Shown here one piece after another: positions 50,768-64,000 of a DNA stretch of 64,000 nucleotides; position 1 is the stretch's first letter; every line of letters begins with the position of its first letter. The stretch lies in assembly GCF_006345805.1 (NCBI RefSeq), contig NC_043007.1, positions 38,936,001 to 39,000,000 on the forward strand. The letters are read 5' to 3'. Position numbers and translations under genes: made by a program. Source of the DNA: Octopus sinensis. Lineage: Eukaryota. Below the pieces are notes generated by a model, which was not told the origin of the DNA, did not search any database, and saw only the letters and a list, made by a program, of their open reading frames with translations.

Positions 50768-52785
50768 GTGGAAGCACTCCGTCGGTTACGGCGATGAGGG
50801 TTCCGGTTGATCCGAATCAACGGAACAGCCTGCTCGTGAAATTAACGTGTAAATGGCTGAGCACTCCACAGACACGTGCTCCCTTAACGTAGTTCTCGGG
50901 GATATTCAGCGTGACACAGAGAGTGACAAGGCCGGCCCTTTGAAATACAGGTACAACAGAAACAGGAAGTAAGAGTGAGAGAAAGTTGTGGTGAAAGAGT
51001 ACAGCAGGGATCACCACCATCCCCTGCCGGAGCCTCGTGGAGCATTTTTAGGTGTTTTCGCTCAATAAACACTCACAACGCCCGGTCTGGGAATCGAAAC
51101 CGCGAATCCGCTGCCCTAACCACTGGGCCATTGCGTCTCCACTATCTTTCTGTACTGAACCAACCGAACTATTAAACATTCCATTAGTCCTAATATTTGC
51201 TTTCTAAATTACAATCGTTTTCCTTAAAATATAGTATACACCAATAAACTGTACAAGCCAATAAGTTATACATTGAACTCATATCAAATCTATTTAAGCT
51301 CTACTACAGCAAGAATACTATGGTGGAAGCACTCCGTCGGTTACGACGATGAGGGTTCCGGTTGATCCGATCAACGGAACAGCCTGCTCGTGAAATTAAC
51401 GTGTAAGTGGCTGAGCACTCCACAGACACGTGTACCCTTAACGTAGTTCTCGGGGATATTCAGCGTGACACAGAGAGTGACAAGGCCGGCTCTTTGAAAT
51501 ACAGGTACAACAGAAACAGGAAGTAAGAGTGAGAGAAAGTTGTGGTGAAAGAGTACAGCAGGGATCACCACCATCCCCTGCCGGAGCCTCGTGGAGCTCT
51601 TTTAGGTGTTTTCGCTCAATAAACACTCACAACGCCCGGTCTGGGAATCGAAACCGCGATCCTATGACCGCGAATCCGCTGCCCTAACCACTGGGCCATT
51701 GCATCTCCACTATCTTTCTGTACTGAACCAACCGAACTATTAAATATTCCATTAGTCCTAATATTTGCTTTCTAAATTGCAATCGTTTTCCTTAAAATAT
51801 AGTATACACCAATAAACTGTACAAGCCAATAAGTTATACATTGAACTCATATCAAATCCATTTAAGCTCTACTACAGCAAGAATACTATGGTGGAAGCAC
51901 TCCGTCGGTTACGACGATGAGGGTTCCGGTTGATCCGATCAACGGAACAGCCTGCTCGTGAAATTAACGTGTAAGTGGCTGAGCACTCCACAGACACGTG
52001 TACCCTTAACGTAGTTCTCGGGGATATTCAGCGTGACACAGAGAGTGACAAGGCCGGCTCTTTGAAATACAGGTACAACAGAAACAGGAAGTAAGAGTGA
52101 GAGAAAGTTGTGGTGAAAGAGTACAGCAGGGATCACCACCATCCCCTGCCGGAGCCTCGTGGAGCTCTTTTAGGTGTTTTCGCTCAATAACACTCACAAC
52201 GCCCGTCTGGGAATCGAAACCGCGATCCTATGACCGCGAATCCGCTGCCCTAACCACTGGGCCATTGCATCTCCACTATCTTTCTGTACTGAACCAACCG
52301 AACTATTAAATATTCCATTAGTCCTAATATTTGCTTTCTAAATTGCAATCGTTTTCCTTAAAATATAGTATACACCAATAAACTGTACAAGCCAATAAGT
52401 TATACATTGAACTCATATCAAATCCATTTAAGCTCTACTACAGCAAGAATACTATGGTGGAAGCACTCCGTCGGTTACGACGATGAGGGTTCCGGTTGAT
52501 CCGAATCAACGGAACAGCCTGCTCGTGAAATTAACGTGTAAGTGGCTGAGCACTCCACAGACACGTGCACTCTTAACGTAGTTCTCGGGGATATTCAGCG
52601 TGACACAGAGTGTGACAAGGCCGGCCCCTTGAAATACAGGTACAACAGAAACAGGAAGTAAGAGTGAGAGAAAGTTGTGGTGAAAGAGTACAGCAGGGAT
52701 CACCACCATCCCCTGCCGGAGCCTCGTGGAGCTTTAGATGTTTTCGCTCAATAAACACTCACAACGCCCGGTCTGGGAATCGAAA
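50768..52785 (-). repeat. Tandem array of ~3.6 units (555/568/566 bp), each a full tRNA-headed SINE plus ~200 bp of flanking DNA
   Basis: gtggaagcactccgtcgg starts at 50768, 51323, 51891, 52457; the fourth unit stops at ~52785. Confidence 0.93.
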
Positions 52786-53015
52786 AAAGCAAGAATACAC
52801 ATACGTTTTAAAACTAATTCAAAGCGTTGATACTTTTCTTCTCCAGTTGTTACATTCGAAGTTTGAAGATTAAGAATAAAAATACGAGTTAATATAGCAC
52901 ATTTCATCCAAAGTAAAGGCGTCTGCGCAACTGGGAGCCTTAGAATATTTTTTGTCAGCACTCACACATCCAACAGACAGCCAGAAAGAATATATAATTT
53001 TCTTATTGTTAAACC

Positions 53016-53049
<34 letters not shown>

Positions 53050-54698
53050 GCGCGCGCGCACGTCACTGCTGGGTGGGATTAAAGGTGAGTTATCTCGCCT
53101 GTCCATGACTTTCAGTTGTTTTAACACCCGGCGTTTTGAGAAAGTATTCTCCACCAGCAAATACGCTAATCAAATATGTTAAGTATTTGTAGTTGATAAT
53201 GTATATATATATATATAAATGTTCCGCCTCGAGCCATGCCAGGCTCATAAGGGCCGGTTTCCCGGTTTCAGTGGCGTAGAAATTCCCCACCTGGACGGGA
53301 CGCCGGTCCGTCGCATGATTACTCATTTTTGTCAGCTGAGTGGACTGGAGCAACGTGAAAATGAAGTGTTTTGCTCAAGAACACAACACATTGCCCGGTC
53401 CAGGAATCGAAACCACAACCTTACGATCATGAGTTCAACACCCTAACCACTAAGCCATGTACCTCCACACATACATACATGTGTGTATGTGTGTATCTAT
53501 GTGCGTGTGTTTGTGTGAGTGTGTAAGTATACATGCATACATATCTAACTACATAACACACACAAATACGTAATACACAGGTACAGGGTGCAGCAGAAAA
53601 ACCTCCCACTCTTATTGTTTCTTTACATAATTAGCTAGTGAAGTTAGGAAGGTGAAGGTAGTAACTGTGTCTTCAGATAGCTAATATTTTGCTCTTTTCT
53701 GTGTTTTTAAGTATCATACTTTGGACCGATGTACACCGCGCGCTTGCTCCTGAAACGATTGTCACCTTCTGGTCGTTTTTTGGTTGCTTTTTTTTTGTCA
53801 CAGCCTGTATATGTTTAATGCAGCTATATTTGAATTTACTTATACGTGTTTCATCGGATATAGACGCACTCATATGTTTTTCCAGTGCGTGTCTGTGCAG
53901 TTGTGCATATTTCTAATTTCTTACAATTTACTCTTTAGAATTTTATACATACCTTCGTTCTGTCGTTATTTCCAGTGCTTAAAAGTATATTCCTGTATTT
54001 AATTCTTATTCACTAACTTACTGTAACTCTAAGCTTTAATTTTTAATATCCTCCAGGATATTAAAGAGGTTGAGTAAAGCGTGAAATTACAACCGTTATA
54101 TTCTACATCAATATTAATTAACGAATACTGTTAGTTGGTCTTTAATCCTAATTTAATTCTATTTTCATGCAAATAAGACTAACGAAATTTAATAGCATTT
54201 TTCTGACATTATAGATAAACACTTCTCATCGTTTTGATCTTTTTTTCTTTTTGCTCAAATTTAAACTTTAGCTTCCAAAATTTATTCGTGCACTCGCGAT
54301 TTCGGAAAATTTCATGGCCACTCCTCTTGAAATAGGAATATTTGTTGCTTCCTTTATAAATCAAATAATAATTGTCTATGGCAACGTGAAGTATACTAAC
54401 CATCTCAATATGGCTAACCACTAAGGGTGGGTGTTACTGTAGCTTTTAGCCCCAGGAGATCATCGTCTCCAGCTGGCTTTAGGCACACTTTCTGTGCTCT
54501 TATGGTATTTGCAAAGAGAGGTCATCCCTCTCTCGTAAACCTAAGTGATACGCACGAACTGCAGTTTCGAGGTATTTGCCTCTTGTCAACGTACGGCAAT
54601 CACCGGTTTTCGATGAAGGGAGACCTGTTTGCAAATATTTATTTAATGTTTTTCCCAGTAACTTCCGTCACTGATTTCGAAAAACTGTCTGCAAGCAA

Positions 54699-54827
54699 TA
54701 ATAAATCTCTGAACGAGATGTAAACAGTAACCGCTCGACAACCCTTAATGGTTAGCCATATTGAGATGGCTAGTATACTTTACGTTGTCGAGCGGTTACT
54801 GTTTCCTTCTCGTTCAGAGATTTATTA
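54699..54827. other. 129-nt hairpin (43-bp stem, inner 7-bp stem) whose loop is an inverted copy of 54382-54428
   Basis: Arms 54699-54741 and 54784-54827 are nearly perfectly complementary. 54741-54787 is the reverse complement of 54382-54428. Confidence 0.85.
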
Positions 54828-55318
54828 ATTATCGTCTATGTTATATATAAATTCGAATACAACACCGTTATATTTTAGTCTTTATTCTTTATCCTAATAT
54901 GTAATTTAACAATTTTAATTTCACACCTTACTGAACCACTTTTTCGTCTCCACACCTCGTTTTACTGTCTCTTCCTTTATTTAAATTTTATCTCATTTTC
55001 TTCGTGTTTCTTTTCATTTTACTTTTCTTCTTGGTCGCTGACTATTTTACACATATGTACACGCTTTGCTACGATTTTTTTCAAATTACAGATGAAACAA
55101 ATTTGTAAGCAATTGTATTTATAAATACCAAACACATAGTGGAATGTATAAAATTTGACCATTTTTTTCCTCTGAAAGGATTGGCCTGCTTAAATCCTGT
55201 CATTAAACACGAGCTTCTTTCATTCTCATCTTACTGGAAAACGGACACATTAAAATTTATATTTTTCTTTATTCATTTCTTTGATTGTAGTGGAGCAATC
55301 CTCTATATTGAGTTACAC

Positions 55319-55369
<51 letters not shown>

Positions 55370-56339
55370 TCATTTCAATTTTATCTTTAAAATGTAAAAT
55401 GATATCTAAAATATAACATTTGTGTGGGGGGTTTCTAGTTATTTTATTTATTTCCTTTTTATTTCGGTCCTTGTTTTTTTGTTGAGTAGAAACAGTCTTA
55501 AGCAATCTGCAACCATTATAATTATTGTTTTTATTTCATTCTTGTTTTAAAATAAATTTCACCATTATATCAAAATATATACATGCTTTTTTCTCCATTT
55601 CACGTTTTTAAAAAATTTCATGTATTTACTTTTGTTGGTGTTATTGTTTTTATTATTGTATTCAATATTCAACCGAGTACTCCGATGCAATGTGTAACAT
55701 TAAAAAATATACAACGAAGTCCGTTGTGCATATCGAAAGAGTCAGATTTTCGGCTCAGCTCTGATATCAATGCTGTACCACAATTCTATTATTTTTTTAA
55801 AATATAACTATATTAAGGATTTCTCACAAGTCGAATAGGTCGGAGGAGGATGTGGTGGTGGTGATATGTGCTTATGAACGGCTTTCAGTCAATGAATGGT
55901 TCCTATTTTATCGAGTTCAACAACTCCTGTGGGATGCCAGCCTAAACTGACTCGCCACTTTCCGGTGGGATTTGAATGTAAAACGTTGAGAAACAGACAG
56001 AAATGAATATATCGCTAGACATTCACTTTGATGCTTTTTTGTGTCTGCTACCTCATCACCGTACATATTAAATAATAATAATAATAATAATAATGATAAT
56101 AATAATAGTAATAATAATAATAATAATAATGGTAATAATAATATGGTACAATGCCACAACGTGGTATGGCAAATTTGTAGTCGATGGAGATCGACTACCC
56201 ACCCACTTCCCATCCTCACACTTCGGTAAATTACGAAGGTAAATAAAAAATATCAATTTCTGGCAGAATTAGAATGCAGAAACGTAAAAAGAAAAGAATC
56301 AAACGAAGGGCGGTGTGTGCGCACGCACACACATACGCG

Positions 56340-56374
<35 letters not shown>

Positions 56375-57068
56375 AATTTAGTTAGGTGTTAAATAACCAC
56401 CTAAGAGATATTGGATATCCAAAGAATTTACTGGTTTTCTTACCTATATAAATTCAAGAAGATATGTCTATCTGATGAAACGTCATTATATTTAAAATGA
56501 TATTTTATTACTCTTGAAAAACCTGTTTTTCTTAATGGTGTAGAAACAGCTGTAATGTCTCATTTGTTTGTATAAAATAATATAATTGAATTGAATTTAT
56601 CATTTAATGATTAACTTATTTAAGAGTTCAATTTATTATTTTGGTTTCCATTTTTAATATGTGTGTGTGTGTGTATATATATATATACATAGATTTATAC
56701 ACACACACATACATATACATTTATATCTATATCTATATGTACATATATATATATATGTATATGTATATATATATATACACACACACACACAAATTGCCTC
56801 TCATAACTAATCATAAGAACTGCTTTTAGCAAAATCATAAACCCCGAATTTACGAAAGGAATTTAATCGATATCATCAGTCCGAGTACTTTATTTAATCG
56901 ACCCCGAAAGGATAAAGGGCAAAATAAACACAGAATATGCAGAGAAGAGAAGCACAACTCTCTCTCTTTCTCTCTTAGTCTTTCTCTCTATACATATATA
57001 TACGTATATGTATGCATGTATGTATAAATGTATATGGTAGTGTACTGTTTCTTTTTATACATTCACTA

Positions 57069-57118
<50 letters not shown>

Positions 57119-57309
57119 GCACATCCACTATTTATCCCGTTGTGTTTCTCTCTGCCTATTTTTACCTCTCAGTAGAAGGACAAATATCCGAAACGTTAAG
57201 ATGCTTTCATTCCAGCTTCTCAAGTGTTAAACTAATAACGTATTCATCAAACTTTGTCCTTTCGGCGTTTTATTGTTTTATCTTTTTAATGTTTTTTTGA
57301 TATTACACT

Positions 57310-57328
57310 ACATACACACACACATACG

Positions 57329-57360
<32 letters not shown>

Positions 57361-57376
57361 ATATACATATATATAT

Positions 57377-57423
<47 letters not shown>

Positions 57424-57652
57424 CATATATATACATGTATATATATATATATATATTATATATAATATATATATATACATATATATATATACATATATAT
57501 ATACATATATATATAATATATACATACATATATATATATATATATACATCGACTCTTTATGAACATATGCATACACACATATATATGTACATATGTGTAT
57601 TTGTATGAATGTATATACATATGTGTATATATATATAATATAAATAATATAT

Positions 57653-57698
<46 letters not shown>

Positions 57699-57710
57699 CA
57701 TACATATACA
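57310..57710. repeat. Long interrupted (TA)n tract downstream of gene 2
   Basis: Directly visible. Confidence 0.95.
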
Positions 57711-57975
57711 TGCCATAACAGTGTTCCTGCCATTATTTCACCGCCTTTCTTAAGTAATCATAATAATTACAGTAATAGTCTTTGTTAATAGAGGATGATG
57801 TAAAAGAAGAAGAAAAATAAATCCTTGATTAATCCAAACTGAGATTGTGGATTTGTGAAGGTTTCAGTTGGTGTGAGGTAGGTAACAAAGTCCAGTTTTT
57901 GTTTTTGTTGTTGTTGTTGTTATTTTGAGGATGGGTTATCAATGTCAATGTCATTTGACGTACAGGTGGCTATTC

Positions 57976-60851
57976 TTAAAAGGGGTCAAACGATGACGTG
58001 TCATGACTATCCCAGCTAGAGTCTGTTGATGTTACGGTATCGTTATCATGAGTGTCATGATTAGAAGTGTTGTATGAGATGGTAATTGGTCGCGGTTCAA
58101 ACTTCGCTGGAGTAGTAATATTTAGAATTTCTAACTTGGCTGGGTTTGTTTTAGTCTCGTCTGACGACACTGAGAAATTTGAATCAGAAAATGAAGGACG
58201 AGATAAAGTCTCAGAGGCTGGGGATAAGTCTTTTCCGTTAAATTTCAAATGCTTATCGGAAGCAGCTTTCAAGTTATCTTCATTGATTTCCGACCACGAA
58301 GAAACAATACGGCTGGTGTCAACAGTTTGAGGTGAGGAAGCATCCTCTCGATGGTCTTCTCCATCTAAATGATTTAGTGTTGTATCGTTATGTGCTTCTA
58401 GGGAAGTTGGCAGTAATTCGTCGTTGCCAGTGGATATTTTTAAAGAAATCGGGTTTGTCAGCGTACTTTTTGGAGACAAGCTTTGTGTGTCAGTTGATTG
58501 TTCGTCTTCCGTCATTTCAAAAAACGCCTCGTCTTTCTTGTTGTGTTCTTCATCACTGTCGGTTGATATATGTATGTCACGAGGAGAAATGTTGCGATCA
58601 GATAAATCTGGATTGTTCTCTTGTGAACTATCCAAGCTTATATCTGAATGATTCCTGTGAGTGCTGGACACGTCAGCTGGAGACTCAGTATGCAAAATAC
58701 CTTGCACTTTTTTTATTGCTTTACTGAAAAATCCATCCTGCTGTTTTCCTTTGGTCTCTGAACTATTAGGTGAATTAAAGTCTGTATTGCCTGCTTCTGT
58801 TGTGGTTTCTGAAACATTAGGTTTACTATTGGACGTCATGTCTTCTTTGATGAAACTGTTTATATTGGAGTCGCTGGATTCGTTCAGAGTAAATTTTGTA
58901 TCGGTTTCAATCGTCATGTCATGGTTTGAAAATTTTAATGCTGAATCTGTTTTAATAGAATCATTGTCTGAGTGATATGGTGAGGCTTCAGAAGTATGAA
59001 ATTTCTTAGCAGCTAATTTGGGAGAATATGAATCGTCAGTCTCGCTCATTAAGGAGGAATTGTCATCTAGGCGTAAAAAGCCTGTTATAAATGGTGAAGT
59101 AAGCATTGGGTTTCGTGTCTTATAACCTGTGTTTTCACTTTCATTAATTTCTACCCCAAATTTTTTATCTTCATCTTTAACATGCTCATTTTTCTTATTT
59201 CCAAAAGTATCAAAATTCATATCAGTTGAAGATGAACTGCCTGTGCTCTCATCCAGTTTCAAACTTGTGACTTTGGTGGGTTTTTTTATAAGCGACTGTA
59301 TACTAAACTCATCGTCACCAAACAATGGCATAGGAAAGCTAGTGTCTACATTGTTTTCTGAATCATGGTTTCGGTCCCAAATCTTATTCTTAAAATTGTC
59401 GTCTGTCGATAATAAACCTTTAGCCCTTTTTACTACAGAATCATCTTCATTAGTTTCCAGTTCATCCGAAGATAGATGGAGGTCAACGTTATTTTGAAGA
59501 TCTCTACTGGGTAGATTTATCACGTCATGATCTTTTGTTAGTTCCATTCTGGTGGGAATGTCAGGTGGATCTAACTGTATGATCGCAGTTTCGTCATGGC
59601 TTGGTATTTTCATCATCTCAGAATCAGAGGCATCGCTGTCACTGTCTGCAATATATTTGCTAAAACTATTTTCTACGACATCCTCTTTTCTAACGAATTT
59701 TACAGGCATTGTAAATAAGTTTTCTGTAGAAGATTTAAAATGTGCCATATCTGTTTTAGGTTCTTGTATTTCATTCAAATCGGTAAAATTACCGTCAAAG
59801 GAAGGGATTTCTGAGGGATTTTTAAAAGGGGACTTGAGAGAAACATCCTTTTTAATTGGTGTGATCTCTGCTTCCAGAGATGGGTTTTCCTTAAAAACAG
59901 TCTCAGAATTTAAACTAAAAGGCTTAACATCAGTAAAATCGTTACCCACTGATAGATTATCAGGTATAATTCCATTTGTGATATTTTTGTTTGGTATGTC
60001 CTTTCTGATGTTTGGATTTTGAGACATAGCAGTCTGATTTGTTGCCACAGAGATTGTGTCTTCGATAGGTGTTTTATTACTAGACAGTTTCTCCGGATTG
60101 AAGCGTGGTATATTACTCTTGTCATTTATTTTATCATATAATTCAGAAAAATGAGCTGAATAACGTATACTTCTTTCTAGTTCTGCAAATTCACTTTCTG
60201 AATTTAGAGAGCGTTTTCTTTCGTTATCTGGGACTTCCAATTCTAGTCCCGTTGATTTTTCTTCTGCTTCGTGTTTCAAATCTAAAAATTCTTTATCATA
60301 CTTGGAAAACTGCAAATCCATTTTGTCATCGATATTTGAAATATCTTCTCTGGATCTTAACCTGCCGTCTACGTTTCTATCGGCTTGTGAAGCCAGAGAA
60401 GGAAAGCGTAGGTTTTGTGAATTTACCAGATTGTCTTTTTCTGGCAGAATTTTTTTCTCTTTATCAAATTTGCCATCCCTTTCTTTATCCGAATGGACTA
60501 CTACTTCTAATGTACCCGGGCTTAGTGATATATCACTCTCAGAATTGAAGAGACTGCTATTTGTAGAACCACGCATTTTGACTATAGATGGACTTTTTCC
60601 TCGAACTTTCAATTCGTTGTAGGGTACTTTTGGTGGTGGTTCCTTAACAATTTCGTAGAGATCATTTGCTGAGTGACTACGAAGAACAGGATGCAAAATG
60701 GGAGCCTTCGTAATGATTGGTCTATTTGGTACTGCCTTCTGTTTTTCAACAGTGACTTTAACTGGGTAAGGAGAGGCATATCCTAAGATGGCGAGAGCGT
60801 CCTTGAAAACAATATTTTTGAATGATATTGAAACTTCCTTGATTAAGTCAC
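57976..60851 (-). CDS. Gene 2 giant terminal exon: C-terminal part of periaxin/AHNAK-like PDZ domain plus ~920-aa acidic Ser/Asp/Glu-rich disordered tail
   Basis: Acceptor ttttatttcag at 60852-60853, phase 1 (G|GT) matching the 63078 donor. GDLIKEVSISFKNIVFKDALAILGYASPYPVKVTVEK resembles periaxin [33 protein letters not shown]. Uninterrupted 2876-nt frame ending in TAA. The two exons give 1006 aa. Confidence 0.9.
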
Positions 60852-61304
60852 CTGAAATAAAATAAAACAAGATTAGATATACATATAGTTTATCATTATA
60901 TAATAATATTACTGTAAAATAAATTTTAAATTAAATTGTAAACATCACAATTATAGGAGTGGCTGTGTGGTAAGTAGCTTGTTTACCAACCACGTGGTTC
61001 CGGGTTCAGTCCCACTGCGTTGCACCTTGGGCAAGCCTCGGGCCGACCAAAGCCTTGTGAGTAGATTTGGTAGACGGAAACTGAAAGAAGCCCGTCGTAT
61101 ATATATATGCGTGTGTGTGTTTGTGTGTTTGTCAACCGATGCTGGTGTGTTTATGTCCCCATCACTTAGCAGTTCTGCAAAAGAGACCGATAGAATAAGT
61201 ACTGGGCTTACAAAAGAATAAGTCCCGGGGTCGAGTTGCTCGATTAAAGGCGGTACTCCAGCATGGCCGCAGTCAAATGACTGAAACAAGTAAAAGAGTA
61301 AAGA

Positions 61305-61369
<65 letters not shown>

Positions 61370-61559
61370 TACACACACTGCTGTAATTCTTACAACTTTA
61401 ATAAAATGTTGTAGTGCGAAACAATTGTACCAAATTACCGGGGTCATTCTTGCTGCTTATTTTTTATTATAATCACCCCGCAAATTTTTATGGGTAACAC
61501 CATACAAAATTCTGGAGCATCTAAATTAAGTACCATATTCATTTGAATCTAAATTGTTG

Positions 61560-61700
61560 CTGTATATATATATATATATATATATATTATATTATATTAA
61601 GATATATATATATGTATATTTATATATATATACATACATATTTATATTATACATATTTCATATATATCATATATATATATATAATATATATATATACGTA

Positions 61701-61744
<44 letters not shown>

Positions 61745-61747
61745 GTA

Positions 61748-61781
<34 letters not shown>

Positions 61782-61841
61782 GTATACTATATATATATAT
61801 ATTATATATATATATATATATACGTATACTATATATTATAT

Positions 61842-61927
<86 letters not shown>

Positions 61928-61970
61928 ATACATACATACATACATACATACATACATACACACATACATA
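61560..61970. repeat. Long (TA)n tract with recurring tatacgtatac units, in the gene 2 intron
   Basis: Directly visible. Confidence 0.95.
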
Positions 61971-63077
61971 TGAGTAACTGTGTTGTATGAAGTATGCTTC
62001 CCATCCACATGGCTCTGGCTTCAGTCACACTGCGTGGTACCTTGGGCAAGTGTCTTACTATCAACTTAGGCCGACCAAAGCCTTGTGAGTGGATTTACTA
62101 TTTCAAAGATATTTCGGGTACAAACAAACAGCTTCTAGAGTTTTAGTATTATTAAGATATATATATATAGATATATATATATATATAATATATATATATA
62201 TATACCCTCTCCTTCTGGATCTTTTCCTGCTAAGCTCAAACTCTAACAAGGTCAACATTGTTTTTCATTATTTCGAGGTAAATAAAATAAGTACCAGTTA
62301 AATCAAGGGATAAATGTAATTGACTAGCCCCTCCTCTCAAAACTCTTGGACTTGTGTATATATTAGACAGATCATTATTATTAATAAGGTGGTGAGCTGG
62401 CACAATTGTTACTGTGGTTGGAAAAATGTCTTGTGGCATTTCTTCCAGTTTTAGGTTCTGAGTTCAAATTCCACTGTTGTTATCTTTGCCTGTCATCCTT
62501 TTGGGGTCGATAAAACAAGTACCAGTTGGGTATTGAGGTCGATGTAATTAACTAATCCCTCCTAAAACTTTGGGCCTTGTGCTTATTGTAGAAAGGATTA
62601 TCATTATTATGAAACCGGAGTGGCTGTGTGGTAAATAGCTTGTTTACCAACCACATGGTTCCAGGTTCAGTCCCACTGCGTGGCACCTTGGGTAAGTGTC
62701 TTCTACTATAGCCTCGGGTCGACCAAAGCCTTGTGAGTGGATTTGGTAGACGGAAACTGAAAGAAGCCCGTCGTATATATGTATATATATATATGTATGT
62801 GTGTGTGTTTGTGTGTCTGTGTTTGTCCCCCTAGCATTGCTTGACAACAGATGCTGGTGTGTTTATGTCCCCGTCACTTAGCGGTTCGGCAAAAAGAGAC
62901 CGATAGAATAAGTACTGGGCTTACAAAGAATAAGTCCCAGGGTTGAGTTGCTCGATTAAAGGCGGAGCTCCAGCATGGCCGCAGTCAAGTGACTGAAACA
63001 AGTAAAAGAGAGAGAAAGAGAAAGAGATGTGTATGTTCATAGAACCCCTAGAAATGGTGAAACTCTTGGCTACTTAC

Positions 63078-63222
63078 CGGCTTTTAACTTCCCTGATTCC
63101 TTTGCTGGTCCTCTGTTTCTTACCTCATCAATATATATCCCATTTCTCATATTACCTGATATGTTGAAACCAAGACCAGTGAAATCCTGGCTTAACAAAT
63201 CCGCACTTATAACTTCTGGCTC
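63078..63222 (-). CDS. Gene 2 exon: N-terminal part of PDZ domain
   Basis: Minus-strand acceptor ttgtctgttttag, donor gtaagt. Encodes EPEVISADLLSQDFTGLGFNISGNMRNGIYIDEVRNRGPAKESGKLKA(G), with the GLGF carboxylate-binding loop and the GPA..SGKL..GD motif. Phase 1 out. Not in the supplied ORF track in this frame. Confidence 0.92.
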
Positions 63223-64000
63223 CTAAAACAGACAAAAAGAAAGAAAGAAAGAAAACAAAAAAACAATGAAAATAATTTATTGGATGACAATCAATCTCAA
63301 ATAACTCACAAGCATTTAGTTTTATTTCATTTTGTCAAGTTACATAGAAGCCTACTAGAAATATATAGCCTCCTAGCTGAAAACAATGCTCAGCTGAAAT
63401 GCAAAATGTTGGTGGTTCTTGACATGGCTACAGCAAATTGTGTGAAACAAAGAATAAAAAAATAAGCCTAATAGTAAAAGAAATAACAGGAAAATATTTT
63501 ATTTTCAATATTTCAATCAAAAATGTAAGGCAACAACCTGGCAGAATCGTTAGCACACTGGGCAAAATGCTTAGCGACATTTCATCCGCTTGCACATTCT
63601 AAGTTCAAATCCTCCCAAGGTCAACATTGCCTTTCAGGGTCAATAAAACGAGTACTAGTCGAATACTGGGGTCGATGTAATCAACTTGTCCTCTCCCATC
63701 AAATTGCTCATCTTGCATCAAAATTTGAAATCAATATTTCGGTCTAAAATATAACATATTCAAAAGATAAAGGACATTAGTATCGTGAAGACAGCACTAA
63801 TATCACTCTCCTTGTTCATCTCTAACTGAGCTGGAATTTGGATGTAAATGCAATTTAGGAAACATATGGCAACCTACATCTTATAAAATCTCAATTTGTG
63901 TTTTAACACCATTTAAAAAAAATAAGAGATATCTAATTTTCTAAGAATTTGCACAAATTTATTTGGAATCTTGTTTGCCACACTTTCAGCACCAGTGATG

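Noticed and set aside
50768-52785. Repeat-spacer appearance reminiscent of a CRISPR array
   Set aside because: Units are ~560 bp, the spacers are identical to one another, there are no cas genes, and the context is eukaryotic.
53582-53610. TA-CAGGGTGCAGCAGAAAAACCTCCC, a Tc1/mariner-like TIR
   Set aside because: No matching right TIR or transposase remnant recognised nearby, so no element could be delimited.
58067-60622. Several plus-strand ORFs of 70-156 aa
   Set aside because: Antisense shadows of the 964-aa minus-strand coding exon.

Overview
AT-rich, microsatellite- and SINE-dense eukaryotic genomic DNA. The repeat landscape looks like a coleoid cephalopod, most likely Octopus (recognition, not a database result). 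Two spliced protein-coding genes can be reconstructed from GT-AG exons with consistent reading frames. Gene 1 (+ strand, seven exons, 2948-16891, 5' exon(s) not found in the window) encodes a 3-hydroxyacyl-CoA-dehydrogenase-type NAD-binding Rossmann domain. It lacks the catalytic His/Ser and the C-terminal dimerisation domain, and is fused through a linker to a C-terminal C3HC4 RING finger. It is a candidate metabolite-sensing pseudoenzyme E3 ligase and is the most interesting object here. Gene 2 (- strand, exons 63078-63222 and 57976-60851, 5' end probably beyond the window) encodes a periaxin/AHNAK-type PDZ domain followed by ~950 aa of acidic, Ser-rich disordered sequence in one giant exon. 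The ~41 kb between the genes has no confidently identifiable coding exon. It holds several tRNA-derived SINE families, decayed mariner, maT, hAT, RTE and Penelope elements, Helitron/Helentron-like non-autonomous elements, MITEs with clear TIRs/TSDs, many foldback structures, a 3.6-copy SINE-plus-flank tandem array and an orphan exon candidate. Almost all ORFs in the supplied track are microsatellite or SINE artefacts. Repeat boundaries are approximate; exon boundaries were counted base by base.
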